From the sequence record SRR2962707_2080: a stretch of 64,000 bases of DNA, one strand, 5' to 3'. Below are positions 49,061-62,595 of this stretch, piece by piece. The notes beneath the pieces are model-generated. The model was not told the DNA's origin and did no database searches. It saw only the letters and a list, made by a program, of their open reading frames with translations. Made by a program: the position numbers and the translations under genes. Each line of letters starts with the position of its first letter. Position 1 is the first letter of the stretch.

Positions 49061-50293
49061 CTATTCCGCAGATGGGTATCGCCGAGCAATAAACAGCAAC
49101 ACCAGACTGGTGGAAGAAAAAATCAGAAAACCACACGCTAATGGCGTTACAGAATCATGATAAAACAGCCCCACGAGCGACGAAAACACCACGCCAATTA
49201 GGCTCGATGATGCTGACACAATGGCAGCACCCAACCCTGCGGTGCGACCAAGAGGCTCCATTGCCATCGCGTTAATATTTCCAAACAGCACCCCTTGGCA
49301 GAAAAACACCAAGATACCCAATGCCAAAAATAACCACAATGGCGGAACACCTTGATGCAATAAAGCACTCGCCAACATCACCAGCGCCGTGCCAGCCAAC
49401 AAACACAAGGCCGATTTCACCAACAACGCCATTCCCAAGCGCATCACAAAACTGCCATTGGTAAAAGACGCCACCCCAGCGCCACAAGACAATAAGGCAA
49501 AGTACAAGGGAAAGTTATCACCGGTGCCGTAGATGTCTTGGAAAATGGATTGAGCAATACTCAGATACAACAAGAGCCCACTAAAGACACACCCTGTAAT
49601 ACCGATATAGCACATCACATCAATGCGTTTGAAAATCCCCAATGCATCGCGTATTAGGCGTGCAGGTTGAAGCGGTTGACGTTGCGCTTTTGGCAGCGTT
49701 TCCTGTTGACGCAAAATCAGCCAGAGCGTGGCCACGGTTGCCTGTATTAAAAAGGCGACAAAGATCCAGCGCCAGCCACCCAACAACATGACTTTTTGGC
49801 CAAACCAAGGAGCGAGCATTGGCACGAAAATAAAAATCACCATGACATAGGACATGATTCTCGCCATCGCAGCGCCTTTATACAGGTCTCGAATCAGTGC
49901 CCTTGAGGCGATTTTCGGCCCAGCGACGCCAATCCCCTGTATCACGCGTCCCAATAACAAAATAGGCAAGCTTTGTGCGGTCATCGCGATCACAGTACCT
50001 AGCGCATAAACGCTGATTCCGATCAGAATGGTTTTACGGCGGCCAATCGCGTCAGACAAAGGTCCAAAAATAATCTCACCAAACACCATGCCAAACACTA
50101 AGCCTGTGACTATCCATTGCGTCTGATGATAATCGGCAATATTAAAAGCGTCTGTAATACTCGGAAAAGCCGGTAACACAGCATCCATGGTCAACGCCGT
50201 TAATGATGTCATTAGAGCAAAAAGTGCGATGAACTCTTTCTCTGGCAATCGTTTCTTAAGCGACGTTAGCGCTGATGTTTCCGAACTCGACAT
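49061..50293 (-). CDS. Bcr/CflA-type MFS efflux transporter
   Basis: D..LPAFP, GPLSDAIGRR, GRVIQG, LIRDLY.G..MARIMS, AP..G. Confidence 0.9.
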   Translation of the reverse strand: MSSSETSALTSLKKRLPEKEFIALFALMTSLTALTMDAVLPAFPSITDAFNIADYHQTQWIVTGLVFGMVFGEIIFGPLSDAIGRRKTILIGISVYALGTVIAMTAQSLPILLLGRVIQGIGVAGPKIASRALIRDLYKGAAMARIMSYVMVIFIFVPMLAPWFGQKVMLLGGWRWIFVAFLIQATVATLWLILRQQETLPKAQRQPLQPARLIRDALGIFKRIDVMCYIGITGCVFSGLLLYLSIAQSIFQDIYGTGDNFPLYFALLSCGAGVASFTNGSFVMRLGMALLVKSALCLLAGTALVMLASALLHQGVPPLWLFLALGILVFFCQGVLFGNINAMAMEPLGRTAGLGAAIVSASSSLIGVVFSSLVGLFYHDSVTPLACGFLIFSSTSLVLLFIARRYPSAE

Positions 50294-50614
50294 TCTTTCC
50301 CTCAATTCACAACAATAAAAAACGCAGTGTACGCGTCTAGATCTCTCTTTTACACTGAATTCGCCTTAACGAAGCGGCCATAAAAAGCATCCATGACTTT
50401 TCAGCACCTCAATTTTTAGACAAAAGAGCAAACGCGTCTTTCTGCATAGGAGCATGCATAAGACACCAGGCAAAAATACCTTCGCTAGGGAATGAAAAGT
50501 TCACTTAGCGCCTATTTCAGGCTGTGCTTTAGGCGTGAATTTCGTATCATATTCTGCACCACAGTTGGCACGTTTTAGCGCTACGATGGCTCTCAAGAAA
50601 ATTAGAAGGATTGC

Positions 50615-52183
50615 ATGGAATTTATTTGGATATTATTTGCTTTTGTCTGCGGCCTCGCCGTTAAATTAATTAACTTACCACCACTTATTGGTTTCTTGCT
50701 GGCGGGCTTCTTATTAAATGCATTCGGTATGCAACCCAGCAACACCTTAGATTCTCTTGCTAACCTAGGCATTACCTTGATGCTGTTCTGCATTGGTCTA
50801 AAACTCCACGTCAAAGACTTATTAAAACGCGAAGTCTGGGCTTCAACACTAGGCCATATGGGAGTGTGGACTGTTTTACTGGTCGCTTTTTGCTTGCTGT
50901 TAGGCAGTTTGAGTCTCCCCTTCTTCGACATACTGGATCTGAAAACCGCGGCTTTACTTGGCTTCGCCCTCAGTTTTTCCAGTACCGTTTGTATTATCAA
51001 ACTGCTTGAGGAAAGCAGCGAATTAAAAACACGCCATGGACAATTAGCGCTGGGCATCTTGGTAATGCAAGACATAGTCGCGGTGATCTTCTTGGTGTTC
51101 GCCACAGGCAAAATACCCTCCCTTTGGGCGCTGGCGCTTTTTGGTTTATTACTCATTCGACCTATTCTTAATAAAATAGTCGACAAAGCTGGGCACGGTG
51201 AAATGCTGCCACTCACGGGGCTTTTTCTCGCGTTGGGTGGTTATGAGCTTTTCTACCTAGTCGGTGTGAAGGGAGATCTAGGCGCACTGGTTTTCGGTAT
51301 TTTACTGGCATCTCACAGTAAAGCAGCGGAAATGAACAAAGCCTTGATGAACTTTAAAGACTTGTTTCTGATTGGCTTCTTTTTATCCATTGGTTTTACC
51401 GCGTTGCCAACCGTTAACATGCTTGTCATCAGTTTAATTATCACCTTGGCTATTCTCGCTAAGTTTGCCCTTTTCTTCGCCTTGTTCACCAAATTGAAAT
51501 TGCGCGGACGAACTTCTTTTCTGTCCTCGATTGTGCTGTCGAATTACAGCGAGTTCGGCCTAATTGTAGTGGCTCTTAGCGTGACCAATGGCTGGCTGGC
51601 CAAAGAGTGGCTGGTAGTGCTCGCGTTAGCGGTGTCTTTTTCTTTTATCATTACCAGCTTGTTGTACCGAAATGTTCATCGCTTGTACCGCAAAAACAAA
51701 GAAACCATTCGCCGTTTTGAAAGTGCAAAATGCTTACCCGAAGACGTATTTGTACAACCTGTTGATACGGAAATTTTAGTGGTCGGCTTAGGCCGTGTTG
51801 GCCGTGGGGCTTTTGAATCATTAAAGGGCTTGGTTGGCGATACCGTTGCCGGTATGGATGCAGACAGAAAGCGCATTACCCAAATGCAAGAAGACCAAGA
51901 AAATGTCTTCTACGGCGATGGCGAAGACGCCGATTTATGGGAGCGCCTAGACACCTCTAATATCCATCTGGTTTTACTGGCTTTGCCTGCGGCTGAAGAC
52001 ACAACCAATGTCGCCATTCAATTACGTAAGGCCAATTACACAGGCCAGATTGCGGCGATTGCTCGCTATCAAGATGAAAGAGACATCCTCATCAATAGCG
52101 GTATCGATAATGTCTTTAACTTCTATACCGAAGCCGGTACGGGGTTTGCGGAAGAGAGCTTGGCACTCATCCGTCAGGGCTAA
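50615..52183 (+). CDS. CPA2 cation:proton antiporter with TrkA-N/KTN domain
   Basis: LPPLIGFL.AGF, LFCIGL, FSST..IIK.L, QDI; C-terminal VVGLGRVG..., YGDGED. Confidence 0.9.
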   Translation: MEFIWILFAFVCGLAVKLINLPPLIGFLLAGFLLNAFGMQPSNTLDSLANLGITLMLFCIGLKLHVKDLLKREVWASTLGHMGVWTVLLVAFCLLLGSLSLPFFDILDLKTAALLGFALSFSSTVCIIKLLEESSELKTRHGQLALGILVMQDIVAVIFLVFATGKIPSLWALALFGLLLIRPILNKIVDKAGHGEMLPLTGLFLALGGYELFYLVGVKGDLGALVFGILLASHSKAAEMNKALMNFKDLFLIGFFLSIGFTALPTVNMLVISLIITLAILAKFALFFALFTKLKLRGRTSFLSSIVLSNYSEFGLIVVALSVTNGWLAKEWLVVLALAVSFSFIITSLLYRNVHRLYRKNKETIRRFESAKCLPEDVFVQPVDTEILVVGLGRVGRGAFESLKGLVGDTVAGMDADRKRITQMQEDQENVFYGDGEDADLWERLDTSNIHLVLLALPAAEDTTNVAIQLRKANYTGQIAAIARYQDERDILINSGIDNVFNFYTEAGTGFAEESLALIRQG

Positions 52184-52213
52184 TCAAATTGTCTCTATCC
52201 TGTGGTTAACACC

Positions 52214-52245
52214 AAAAACGATGACATGGATGCCATCGTTTTTTT
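52214..52245. terminator. Bidirectional terminator
   Basis: AAAAACGATGACAT-GG-ATGCCATCGTTTTTTT. Confidence 0.75.
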
Positions 52246-52279
52246 ATGCCTCTTGTTTGTTAATAACGGCAACGACAGA

Positions 52280-52450
52280 CTAGTCACCCTTCGCGATTTG
52301 AATTTGCACTCTCACCATTTCGGCCTGTGCCGTCAGCTCTGAATACAGCTTGATGTCACCGCTGCGCTGGGCTTGCATGGCTTTTTCCAGTAACTGTCCG
52401 TACTCTTTATCAAGCTTTTTCACCGGATCAGACTTTAAAAAAGAAAACAT
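52280..52450 (-). CDS. Small conserved protein (DUF6435-like)
   Basis: MFSFLKSDP.KKL.K.Y...LE.AM.AQR.GDI..YS.L; GAGG RBS. Confidence 0.8.
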   Translation of the reverse strand: MFSFLKSDPVKKLDKEYGQLLEKAMQAQRSGDIKLYSELTAQAEMVRVQIQIAKGD

Positions 52451-52496
52451 AACCACCTCTTTTATTGAAGACTTAACTAACAGTACGTCACTAACG

Positions 52497-52712
52497 TCAT
52501 TTTGGATGATCAAAAATAGTATTTGTGAACGCAGGACTCGCTTGTGCTTTGCGCTCAGTCGCGTCCTTAAGGATGTGCTGTTTTTCGCTATCCGACATGG
52601 AAGACCAAGCTAGGATTTCTTGTAATGAGCGAAAGCAGCCCAAACAGATGTCTTTTTCATTCAAACAGCATTGTCGAATACAGGGAGAAGAAACCGTCAT
52701 ACACACCTTCAT
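52497..52712 (-). CDS. DUF1289 family small Cys-rich protein
   Basis: SPCIRQCCL....CLGCFRS..EI..W. Confidence 0.85.
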   Translation of the reverse strand: MKVCMTVSSPCIRQCCLNEKDICLGCFRSLQEILAWSSMSDSEKQHILKDATERKAQASPAFTNTIFDHPK

Positions 52713-52789
52713 GCTTAATGATGGACCTGTACTAAGTCTAGACTATTTTCTGTTCTTATCAGGTGTTGTTTTCAGTACCGCCTTAAAAC

Positions 52790-52826
52790 AAAAAAACACT
52801 CATTCGAGTATCAAATGAGTGTTTTT
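52790..52826 (-). terminator. Terminator downstream of gltD
   Basis: AAAAAAACACTCATT...AATGAGTGTTTTT inverted repeat. Confidence 0.75.
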
Positions 52827-52901
52827 ATGTGTGCTATTTCTCCCACCGAAAAGTCTTAATGAGAGATATAAGTTACCTTGCTAAAAGACTAACGGGAGCG
52901 G

Positions 52902-54329
<1,428 letters not shown>

Positions 54330-54420
54330 CTATCTCCTATGGCCGCTTGCAAGCAAGCGGCACTTCTCTCAAATGGGTCAAACTGATTCATTGATGGTGC
54401 CTAGCACCACATAGCAAGTT

Positions 54421-57400
54421 TTATTCTGGACGCTGACGAGTATTATCTAGCAACGCACCTAAGCTCGCGGCTTTTGGTTTTACTAGCCAGAATTTGCCAA
54501 TGTAGTCATAGAAGTTTTCTAAGATTTCGTGGCCCCATTCGCTGTCAGTTTCTCGAACATATTCTTCAATCACACTGCGTAAATGAGAACGATATTCTTC
54601 GGTAATTTCTGTTCCTACACGCTGAATCTCAACCAGTTCATGGTTGTATTTGTCTACAAACGTACGGTCCATATCCAACACGTAAGCAAAACCACCGGTC
54701 ATACCCGCGCCAAAGTTGTAGCCCGTATCACCCAGTACTGTCACCAGACCGCCTGTCATGTACTCACAGCAATGATCACCAGCGCCTTCGATAACCGCAT
54801 GGGTACCAGAGTTACGCACCGCAAAACGCTCACCAGCAATACCCGCGGCAAATAACTTACCGCCGGTCGCACCATACAAACAGGTGTTACCAATGATGAC
54901 AGTGTCTTGCGATTCGAAAGCCGACTGACGAGGTGGGCGAATCACCAGCTTACCGCCAGTCATGCCTTTGCCGACATAATCGTTCGCATCACCTTCTAGG
55001 TACATGTTCAAGCCGCCCACGTTCCACACACCAAAACTTTGTCCAGCCGTGCCCGTCAACTTCAAAGTTAACGGCGTATCGGACATGCCTTGGTTGCCGT
55101 AACGTTTGGCAATTTCACCAGACAAGCGCGCACCAATCGAACGATCACAGTTGGTTACTTTAAAGGCAAACTCACCACCTTCTTTTTCTTCAACGGTTGA
55201 TTGCACTGTGTCCCACATTTTCAACGCTAACAAGCCTTTATCGTGTGGCGGGTTAAATGGCGCTACACAATACTGTGGTTTGTCGGCTGGGATGGCATCG
55301 TTCAATAAGATAGGCGATAAATCCAAACCTTGTTGCTTCTCTGTTTCACCAGGCAAGATGGTTAATAGATCCGTACGGCCGATTAAGTCTTGCAGACGAG
55401 CAACACCTAATTTCGCCAACCATAAGCGCGTGTCTTGAGCCATAAAACGGAAGAAGTTTTTGATCATTTCTACCGTGCCGATGAAGTGCTCATCACGCAA
55501 CATTTGATCTTGTGTTGCCACGCCTGTTGCACAGTTGTTTAGGTGACAAATTCGTAAGAACTTACACCCCATAGCAATCATAGGTGTGGTACCAAAGCCA
55601 AAGCTTTCTGCACCAAGAATCGCCGCTTTCACAACGTCTAGGCCCGTTTTTAAGCCGCCGTCTGTTTGCAGACGAATTTTGCCACGAAGGTCGTTAGAAC
55701 GTAGCGCTTGCTGCGCTTCCGCCAAACCAAGCTCCCAAGGAGAACCTGCATGACGAATAGACGTCAATGGTGATGCTGCCGTACCGCCATCGTAACCAGA
55801 AATAGTAATCAAGTCCGCGTAGGCTTTCGCCACACCCGCAGCAATCGTACCCACACCAGGTTCAGACACCAATTTCACAGAAACCAGAGCATCAGGGTTC
55901 ACTTGTTTCAAATCAAAGATCAGCTGAGCCAAATCTTCAATCGAATAAATATCGTGGTGCGGTGGCGGTGAAATCAATGTCACACCCGGTACCGCGTAAC
56001 GCAAACGCGCAATCAACCCGTTTACTTTACCGCCAGGTAACTGACCACCTTCACCTGGTTTCGCACCTTGCGCTACCTTGATCTGTAGCACTTCAGCGTT
56101 CACTAGGTATTCTGCTGTCACACCAAAACGGCCTGACGCAATTTGCTTGATCTTAGAACGACGTTCAGTGCCATGACGCGCTGGGTCTTCACCACCTTCA
56201 CCTGAGTTAGAGCGACAGCCTAATTCGTTCATCGCTTGCGCAAGTGATTCGTGCGCCTCTGGAGACAAGGCCCCAAGCGACATACCGGCAGAATCAAAGC
56301 GAGGTAGAATCTCTTCTAGTGACTCAACATCGTCGATAGGAATCGCTTTGGCTTTATCTGACAAAGTAAACAAGTCACGCAACATTGACGCTGGGCGGTT
56401 ATTTACCAACTCAGTGTAAGCGGTGAAATCTTCAAAACGACCACTGCCTACCGCAGTTTGCAGATTGCGCACCACGTCTGGGTTAAAAGCGTGATATTCC
56501 GCATCATGGACGTATTTAAGATAGCCGCCCTGCTGAATAGGTTTACGCAGTTTCCAAGCATTGTTGGCGACCGTCACTTGCTCGCGCTGGAAATCTTCAA
56601 AACGCGCGCCTTTAATGCGGCTTGGTACGCCTTTGAAACAAAGGTCCACCACTTTAGTGTCCAAACCAACCGCTTCGAATAATTGCGCGCCGCGGTAAGA
56701 AGCAATGGTAGAAATCCCCATTTTAGACAGGATTTTCATCATGCCTTTGTTAATGCCTTTACGGTATTTAACGTGACAAGCAATTGGGTCACCCAACACT
56801 TCGCCTTTATCCACCATGTCATTGATCAAACGGTAAGATAAGTACGGATACACCGCCGTAGCACCAAAACCTAACAAGACCGCAAACTGGTGAGGATCAC
56901 GCGCAAAGCCAGTGTCTGCAATGATGTTCGAATCACAACGCAAACCGACAGCGGTTAGATGGTGATGCACCGCACCGACCGCCATTGGCGCCGGAATAGG
57001 CAAATAGCCTTTTTCGATATCACGATCGGTTAACACCACAATCACAGCACCATTACGAACGACTTCTTCAGCACTGATGCATAGGTTTTTAATCGATTGC
57101 TCTAAAGAGACTTCATCTGGGTTGTAGTTGGTGTTCAAACGAACCAAGCGGAAACGATGGTCATTCAAGGCCAATAATCGGCTGTATTTGCGTGGTGACA
57201 ACACAGGCGAGGACAAAATGATTCGATTCGCATGCTTCGGCGTTTCTTCAAACAAATTACGCTCAACACCGATGCAGGTTTCTAACGACATCACCACAGA
57301 TTCACGTAATGGATCGATAGGTGGATTCGTTACCTGAGCGAATTTTTGACGGAAATAATCCGTCACTGGACGAGTTTGACTCGACATCACGGCCATTGGC

Positions 57401-58872
57401 GTATCATCGCCCATAGAGCCTACGGCTTCATGACCGCTCTCTGCCAACGGACGGAAAATCTGTTCACGCTCTTCAAAAGACACTTGGAACATCTTCTGAT
57501 ACGTCAGCATTTCTTCTGCGGTGAAAGGTTCGAACTCAAGAGACGATTCTTCTAATAATGACTCAATGCGAATGGCTTCTTGCTTCAACCATTTTTTGTA
57601 TGGGTGCGCCGCTTTCAATCGATTGTCAATGTCATTGGTATGCAGTACTTGGCCGGTTTGAGTATCAACCACAAGCATTTGACCAGGACCTACACGTCCT
57701 TTCGATACCACATCTTCTGGCTTGTAATCATAGGTGCCAATTTCGGATGCCAAGGTAATGAATCCGTTTTTGGTGATCACCCAGCGAGACGGACGCAGAC
57801 CATTACGATCCAGCATACAAATCGCATGGCGACCATCGGTCATCACAAGACCCGCTGGGCCATCCCAAGGATCCATGTGCATTGAGTTGTACTGGTAGAA
57901 AGCACGTAACTCAGGATCCATGTTCTCAACGTTTTGCCACGCCGGTGGAATAATCAAACGTGCCGCACGGAAAATATCCACGCCGCCCGTCACCAAGACT
58001 TCTAGCATGTTGTCCATGGAAGACGAGTCAGAACCCGTTAAGTTAACCAATGGCTGCAAGTCTTGCAGTTCTGGGATCAATGGTGAACGCAGTTTACTAC
58101 CACGCGCCAACGCCCAATTACGGTTGCCTTCAATGGTGTTGATTTCACCATTGTGCGCCAACATACGGAACGGTTGCGCCAACGGCCATTTCGGCAAGGT
58201 GTTAGTAGAAAAACGTTGGTGGAAAACACAGATCGCCGTTTGTAGCGCTTCGTTGCCAAGATCTTTGTAAAACACAGGAAGATCAGCAGGCATCATTAAG
58301 CCTTTGTAAGACAAAACCTTGTCAGACAAAGAACAAATGTAGAAATTTTCGAAATGTGATAATTCGATTTCAGTTTGACGACGAGCAACAAACAGACGCG
58401 TTGAGAAAGTACGGGCGTCCATACGGTTACTATCAACAAACACTTGCTCGATACGCGGTAAACATTCTTCTGCAATGCGACCAAGACAAGAAGCGTCCAT
58501 TGGCACTTCACGCCAACCAACGACATTAAGACCTTGTTCTTGTAACTGCTTCGTCAAGACGCCACGCTGCTCTGCAGCGGATGTTTCATCTTGATCCAAA
58601 AAGACCATGCCGATGCCATAAAGGTCGGACAGTGTGTGACTAAATAAAGATTCGGCTTCGCCGCGTAGAAAGGTATCCGGCTTTTGAATAAGAAGACCAC
58701 AGCCATCGCCAGTTTTGCCATCGGCAGCGATGCCTCCACGGTGTGTCATACATGTCAAAGACTCAATGGCTGTTTTCAATAACTCATGGCTTGCATTGCC
58801 TTCCATGTGCGCAATTAAGCCAAAGCCACAGTTGTCTTTGAATTCGCCAGGACGATAAAGACCTGCATTCAT
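54421..58872 (-). CDS. gltB: Glutamate synthase large subunit
   Basis: DNCGFG Ntn cysteine, [33 protein letters not shown]; start set at MNAGLY. Confidence 0.98.
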   Translation of the reverse strand: MNAGLYRPGEFKDNCGFGLIAHMEGNASHELLKTAIESLTCMTHRGGIAADGKTGDGCGLLIQKPDTFLRGEAESLFSHTLSDLYGIGMVFLDQDETSAAEQRGVLTKQLQEQGLNVVGWREVPMDASCLGRIAEECLPRIEQVFVDSNRMDARTFSTRLFVARRQTEIELSHFENFYICSLSDKVLSYKGLMMPADLPVFYKDLGNEALQTAICVFHQRFSTNTLPKWPLAQPFRMLAHNGEINTIEGNRNWALARGSKLRSPLIPELQDLQPLVNLTGSDSSSMDNMLEVLVTGGVDIFRAARLIIPPAWQNVENMDPELRAFYQYNSMHMDPWDGPAGLVMTDGRHAICMLDRNGLRPSRWVITKNGFITLASEIGTYDYKPEDVVSKGRVGPGQMLVVDTQTGQVLHTNDIDNRLKAAHPYKKWLKQEAIRIESLLEESSLEFEPFTAEEMLTYQKMFQVSFEEREQIFRPLAESGHEAVGSMGDDTPMAVMSSQTRPVTDYFRQKFAQVTNPPIDPLRESVVMSLETCIGVERNLFEETPKHANRIILSSPVLSPRKYSRLLALNDHRFRLVRLNTNYNPDEVSLEQSIKNLCISAEEVVRNGAVIVVLTDRDIEKGYLPIPAPMAVGAVHHHLTAVGLRCDSNIIADTGFARDPHQFAVLLGFGATAVYPYLSYRLINDMVDKGEVLGDPIACHVKYRKGINKGMMKILSKMGISTIASYRGAQLFEAVGLDTKVVDLCFKGVPSRIKGARFEDFQREQVTVANNAWKLRKPIQQGGYLKYVHDAEYHAFNPDVVRNLQTAVGSGRFEDFTAYTELVNNRPASMLRDLFTLSDKAKAIPIDDVESLEEILPRFDSAGMSLGALSPEAHESLAQAMNELGCRSNSGEGGEDPARHGTERRSKIKQIASGRFGVTAEYLVNAEVLQIKVAQGAKPGEGGQLPGGKVNGLIARLRYAVPGVTLISPPPHHDIYSIEDLAQLIFDLKQVNPDALVSVKLVSEPGVGTIAAGVAKAYADLITISGYDGGTAASPLTSIRHAGSPWELGLAEAQQALRSNDLRGKIRLQTDGGLKTGLDVVKAAILGAESFGFGTTPMIAMGCKFLRICHLNNCATGVATQDQMLRDEHFIGTVEMIKNFFRFMAQDTRLWLAKLGVARLQDLIGRTDLLTILPGETEKQQGLDLSPILLNDAIPADKPQYCVAPFNPPHDKGLLALKMWDTVQSTVEEKEGGEFAFKVTNCDRSIGARLSGEIAKRYGNQGMSDTPLTLKLTGTAGQSFGVWNVGGLNMYLEGDANDYVGKGMTGGKLVIRPPRQSAFESQDTVIIGNTCLYGATGGKLFAAGIAGERFAVRNSGTHAVIEGAGDHCCEYMTGGLVTVLGDTGYNFGAGMTGGFAYVLDMDRTFVDKYNHELVEIQRVGTEITEEYRSHLRSVIEEYVRETDSEWGHEILENFYDYIGKFWLVKPKAASLGALLDNTRQRPE

Positions 58873-59313
58873 ACACCAACTCCCACAGTTGAAACGTAAA
58901 GATATCAAATAGATCAGAAAATACTTTCTTGGTGATCAGGCTCGTAGAAAGTCGATCAATTGACTTTGAGAATGATTATTATCTGCCTTGTCAACCACCA
59001 AAAAGGAAAATGATCTTACCTCGCAGCGTGCGACTACTCAAATCAAGCTAACTGGTTTTACCGTCATTTCGAGGGTTTTTCACGTGGGGTTCAGTGCAAT
59101 TAAAGGCTTCTAGGAGAATTATCTATGGTTGTGGATTTTCCAAACAGAAAATTCCACTGTGGATCTGTGTATTTCAGAGATAAATGGTTTTTTTATAAGA
59201 AAATGTCTTTTTTTGAAAAGAAATTAGTAGTGAAATCGTAAAAAACAGACTTCATACGTGATTTAAAAGCAAAAAAGCGAGTAAAAACAGTGCATACGCC
59301 TGTTTCCAGTGGA

Positions 59314-60873
59314 TTATTCTAGTTTTTGGATGTCTTGCTGAATACTACGAGCACTGCGCGCCCAAGGGTTCAAATTCTTCAAATCTCTAGGCAAAGATTC
59401 CACTGCCGCAATGGCTTCGCTGCGATTTCGATACATACCGTACACCACAACATACCAATCTCGCCCTTTGTGTTTTGACTTAAAGTAGCTAAACACACTG
59501 ATGCTGCCCTGAGATTTAATGAAGTCTTTCACCGTATCCAGATTATAAGTACCGAGTAGCTGCAAGGTATAACGACTTGGGCTTTGCGACAACCACCACT
59601 GTGTTTTATCAAATGGGTCGGCGGCTGGCGTTTTTTCAGTGACAGTCTGTTCCTTCTCAACCGGCATAGGCTGTAACACAACTTGAGGTCTGTCTTGGCT
59701 GAGGTTGGGGGTAATATCAACTGGCGTATCTTGGCGGATAGGCGCAACCGGAGCGGCTGAAATAGCCGGCTTCACAGGGGCGATTGATGGCGCAAGAGTA
59801 GCGTCTTCTGTGTCGGTAGGAATAGGCGGCAAGCCAAGACTCGGTTCTGAACCTATTTTACGTTGCATGGCATCAATTCTCGCAATGGTAGCGGAAGAAG
59901 ATTGCCCTGCTCGTACTTCGGTTTTAGGACTCAAAGGAATGACATTACTGGTGCGATCAGCCACTTGGCGTTCTGACTCATCTGGGTCGCTGAATAAAAC
60001 CGCGATCAAAATACCCAGCATGACAAAACACAGCAGCGCCATATGAACCAATGGAAAGCCCAACGCCAAATTGAAACGGCGACCAGGCTTAGCGCCTTTT
60101 GCGCCATTGCCCATCATCGACTGCGCAATCTTATTAATGGCACCAGGGTAACCGCCTGACTCTTGATAGATCTGTTTAATCTGCTTGTCATTAAATGGCA
60201 GATTAATGCTCCCACCCACCGTCCGAACACGATGCAATAAATAGGCTTTGGTTTGTTCTAGTGAATAAGGTGCAATGGTCAGCGTATGGCTAAGTTGCTC
60301 ATAACGAGAACCTTGATAAGAATCGAGATTGCGTGACAATGGAAATTCTGTAAACAAGGCAACATGAGGAACGGATTGATTTTCGGTCGCCAGCGACATC
60401 ATGTCTAACAACATGCTGACCGCATCGGTATTCAACTCTTGCGCATTATCAATCAAGATTAATGCTTTTTGGCCTTGCGCCTCTAAATCATGAGAGAACT
60501 TCAGCAAAGGCCCAAACGTCGCTTCGTTCGGCGGCTCTCTTAACTGTGTTGAAAAACCGCTGTAAATGGCCTGCAGCAATTGCCCAGCCGTCATCAGCAT
60601 ACTGGCTTTTACTTGGCTAATAATTGTCGAATCGTCTTGATGACGAGCAAACTCCATCATAAACCGACTTTTGCCGCTGCCTTGTGGGCCTTGTATGACG
60701 GACAATAAATTACTGTAACGACTTAAATGCTCAAGCAGAGCCAGTTGCTGGTTACCTTCTTCTGAAGCAAAGTAAGCAGACATGTCTTTCGAGCCGAATG
60801 GGTCCCTCAGCGTCGCTTTAGGCGGCTGATTCAGTGCGCTTTCTAAGTCAAACTGAAAATTCGGTTCTGACAT
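59314..60873 (-). CDS. AAA ATPase-TM-SPOR domain protein (DamX-like)
   Basis: Walker A GPQGSGKS, IDNA, central TM, C-terminal YTLQL...WYVVVYG.Y....A....LP...PW SPOR domain; downstream of aroB. Confidence 0.85.
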   Translation of the reverse strand: MSEPNFQFDLESALNQPPKATLRDPFGSKDMSAYFASEEGNQQLALLEHLSRYSNLLSVIQGPQGSGKSRFMMEFARHQDDSTIISQVKASMLMTAGQLLQAIYSGFSTQLREPPNEATFGPLLKFSHDLEAQGQKALILIDNAQELNTDAVSMLLDMMSLATENQSVPHVALFTEFPLSRNLDSYQGSRYEQLSHTLTIAPYSLEQTKAYLLHRVRTVGGSINLPFNDKQIKQIYQESGGYPGAINKIAQSMMGNGAKGAKPGRRFNLALGFPLVHMALLCFVMLGILIAVLFSDPDESERQVADRTSNVIPLSPKTEVRAGQSSSATIARIDAMQRKIGSEPSLGLPPIPTDTEDATLAPSIAPVKPAISAAPVAPIRQDTPVDITPNLSQDRPQVVLQPMPVEKEQTVTEKTPAADPFDKTQWWLSQSPSRYTLQLLGTYNLDTVKDFIKSQGSISVFSYFKSKHKGRDWYVVVYGMYRNRSEAIAAVESLPRDLKNLNPWARSARSIQQDIQKLE

Positions 60874-60902
60874 ACTGGCCCTTTAAGACGACAGAGATCT
60901 AA

Positions 60903-62006
60903 TTAAGAGGTTACTTGCTTACTCGCTTCCAATGCATCGATAATACAGTCATCAAAATCGCTCATTGAAAAGTCTGACGTAACAATGGCATCGCCAAGAG
61001 CATCGAGCAGCACTAAACGCAAACTACCATCAAGCACCTTTTTGTCTAAGATCATCAAATCTTTAAACACACTTAATGTCATCACCGCTGGCGGTAAAGT
61101 AGGTAGTTTAGCGGCACGGAATAACGCCACGCTGCGATTCACATCTTGCTCAGAAATATTCCCTAAGCGCCACGACAAATCAACAGCCAGCACACACCCT
61201 GCTGCGACGGCTTCACCATGCAACCAATTACCATATCCCATGTGGGTTTCAATGGCATGACCAAAAGTATGGCCTAGGTTCAAAATGGCTCGAATGCCGC
61301 CTTCTCGTTCATCTTGTGCCACGACATTTGCCTTAGCAAAACAGGAACGATAAATTGCATCGCTGATTTTATCATTATCCAACGCCATTAAAGCGTCAAT
61401 TTCTTGCTCTAACCAATCAAAAAATGAAGCATCGCAAATTAATCCATACTTGATGACTTCTGCCATGCCAGCGGACAATTCTTTTTCTGGCAAGGTTAAT
61501 AGTGATTGCGTATCTATGATGACGGCTTGAGGTTGATAAAACGCGCCTATCATGTTTTTACCCAGCGGATGATTCACGCCGGTTTTACCACCAACAGATG
61601 AATCCACTTGGGACAATAATGTCGTCGGCACTTGAATAAAAGGCACGCCACGCTGATACGTCGCCGCCGCATAGCCCGCCATGTCACCCACCACTCCGCC
61701 ACCTAAGGCAATAATCGTGGTAGTACGGTTATGCTTAGCTTCAAGTAGCGCGGTAATAATCTGGCCATAGGTATCCAGTGTTTTAAACGCTTCGCCATCA
61801 GGTAAAATGCAGGTGGCGACTTGATATGACTCGCTCAGCATCGACACCATGGCATCCAGATACAAGGGAGCCACTGTGTCATTGGTAACAATCATGACTT
61901 GTTTGCCATGAATTGCTTGATCAAAAAGATCCTTCTGTTGACGAATTCCGCTGCCTATATAAATAGGGTAGCTTCTCTCTCCTAACTCAACCGTTAACGT
62001 TCGCAT
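60903..62006 (-). CDS. aroB: 3-dehydroquinate synthase
   Basis: [42 protein letters not shown]. Confidence 0.98.
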   Translation of the reverse strand: MRTLTVELGERSYPIYIGSGIRQQKDLFDQAIHGKQVMIVTNDTVAPLYLDAMVSMLSESYQVATCILPDGEAFKTLDTYGQIITALLEAKHNRTTTIIALGGGVVGDMAGYAAATYQRGVPFIQVPTTLLSQVDSSVGGKTGVNHPLGKNMIGAFYQPQAVIIDTQSLLTLPEKELSAGMAEVIKYGLICDASFFDWLEQEIDALMALDNDKISDAIYRSCFAKANVVAQDEREGGIRAILNLGHTFGHAIETHMGYGNWLHGEAVAAGCVLAVDLSWRLGNISEQDVNRSVALFRAAKLPTLPPAVMTLSVFKDLMILDKKVLDGSLRLVLLDALGDAIVTSDFSMSDFDDCIIDALEASKQVTS

Positions 62007-62562
62007 TCTGTGCCTTGTTTTCTGATTTTAAATGACGTTTGATGGCCTCTAAAGCCTTATTAGCCACTGACTTAGGGTGCCGTGAATCGGTCTCAACAAC
62101 CAAGGTAGCCACTTCGCGATAGAGCGGGTCACGAACCTTAAAAAGCGCGTTCAATGTCGCTTTCGGATCGCTCGTCTGTAATAACGGTCGGTGGTTGCTT
62201 TTCGAGGTACGATGTAACTGTTGCGACACGGAAGCATAAAGGTAAACAACAAGCGCATCACTGTTACTCAGCAACTCGCGATTTTCTTCACGCATCACAA
62301 TACCACCGCCCGTCGCAAGAACAACGCAGTCTTGGTTATGTAACATGCACTCTAAGGCGTGAGTCTCTCGTTTACGAAAGCCATCTTCACCTTCTTTTTC
62401 GAAAATCCAAGGAATATCAGCCCCGGCATTTTCTTCTATGATTCGGTCTGAATCATAGAATTCTCTGCCCAATGAGTGTGAAAGCAAGCGACCTATTGTC
62501 GTTTTTCCAGCACCCATCGGGCCCACTAAAATTATATTGGGAGCTTTTATCATTGTATTCAA
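61987..62562 (-). CDS. aroK: Shikimate kinase
   Basis: [39 protein letters not shown]. Confidence 0.97.
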   Translation of the reverse strand: MNTMIKAPNIILVGPMGAGKTTIGRLLSHSLGREFYDSDRIIEENAGADIPWIFEKEGEDGFRKRETHALECMLHNQDCVVLATGGGIVMREENRELLSNSDALVVYLYASVSQQLHRTSKSNHRPLLQTSDPKATLNALFKVRDPLYREVATLVVETDSRHPKSVANKALEAIKRHLKSENKAQNANVNG

Positions 62563-62595
62563 TTACATCGGAATTAAGCAGATACAGGCTGCAGC

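Noticed and set aside
59131-59166. Two TGTGGAT DnaA-box-like words and a hairpin upstream of gltB
   Set aside because: Only 7/9 matches and no oriC context; more likely ordinary promoter or terminator sequence
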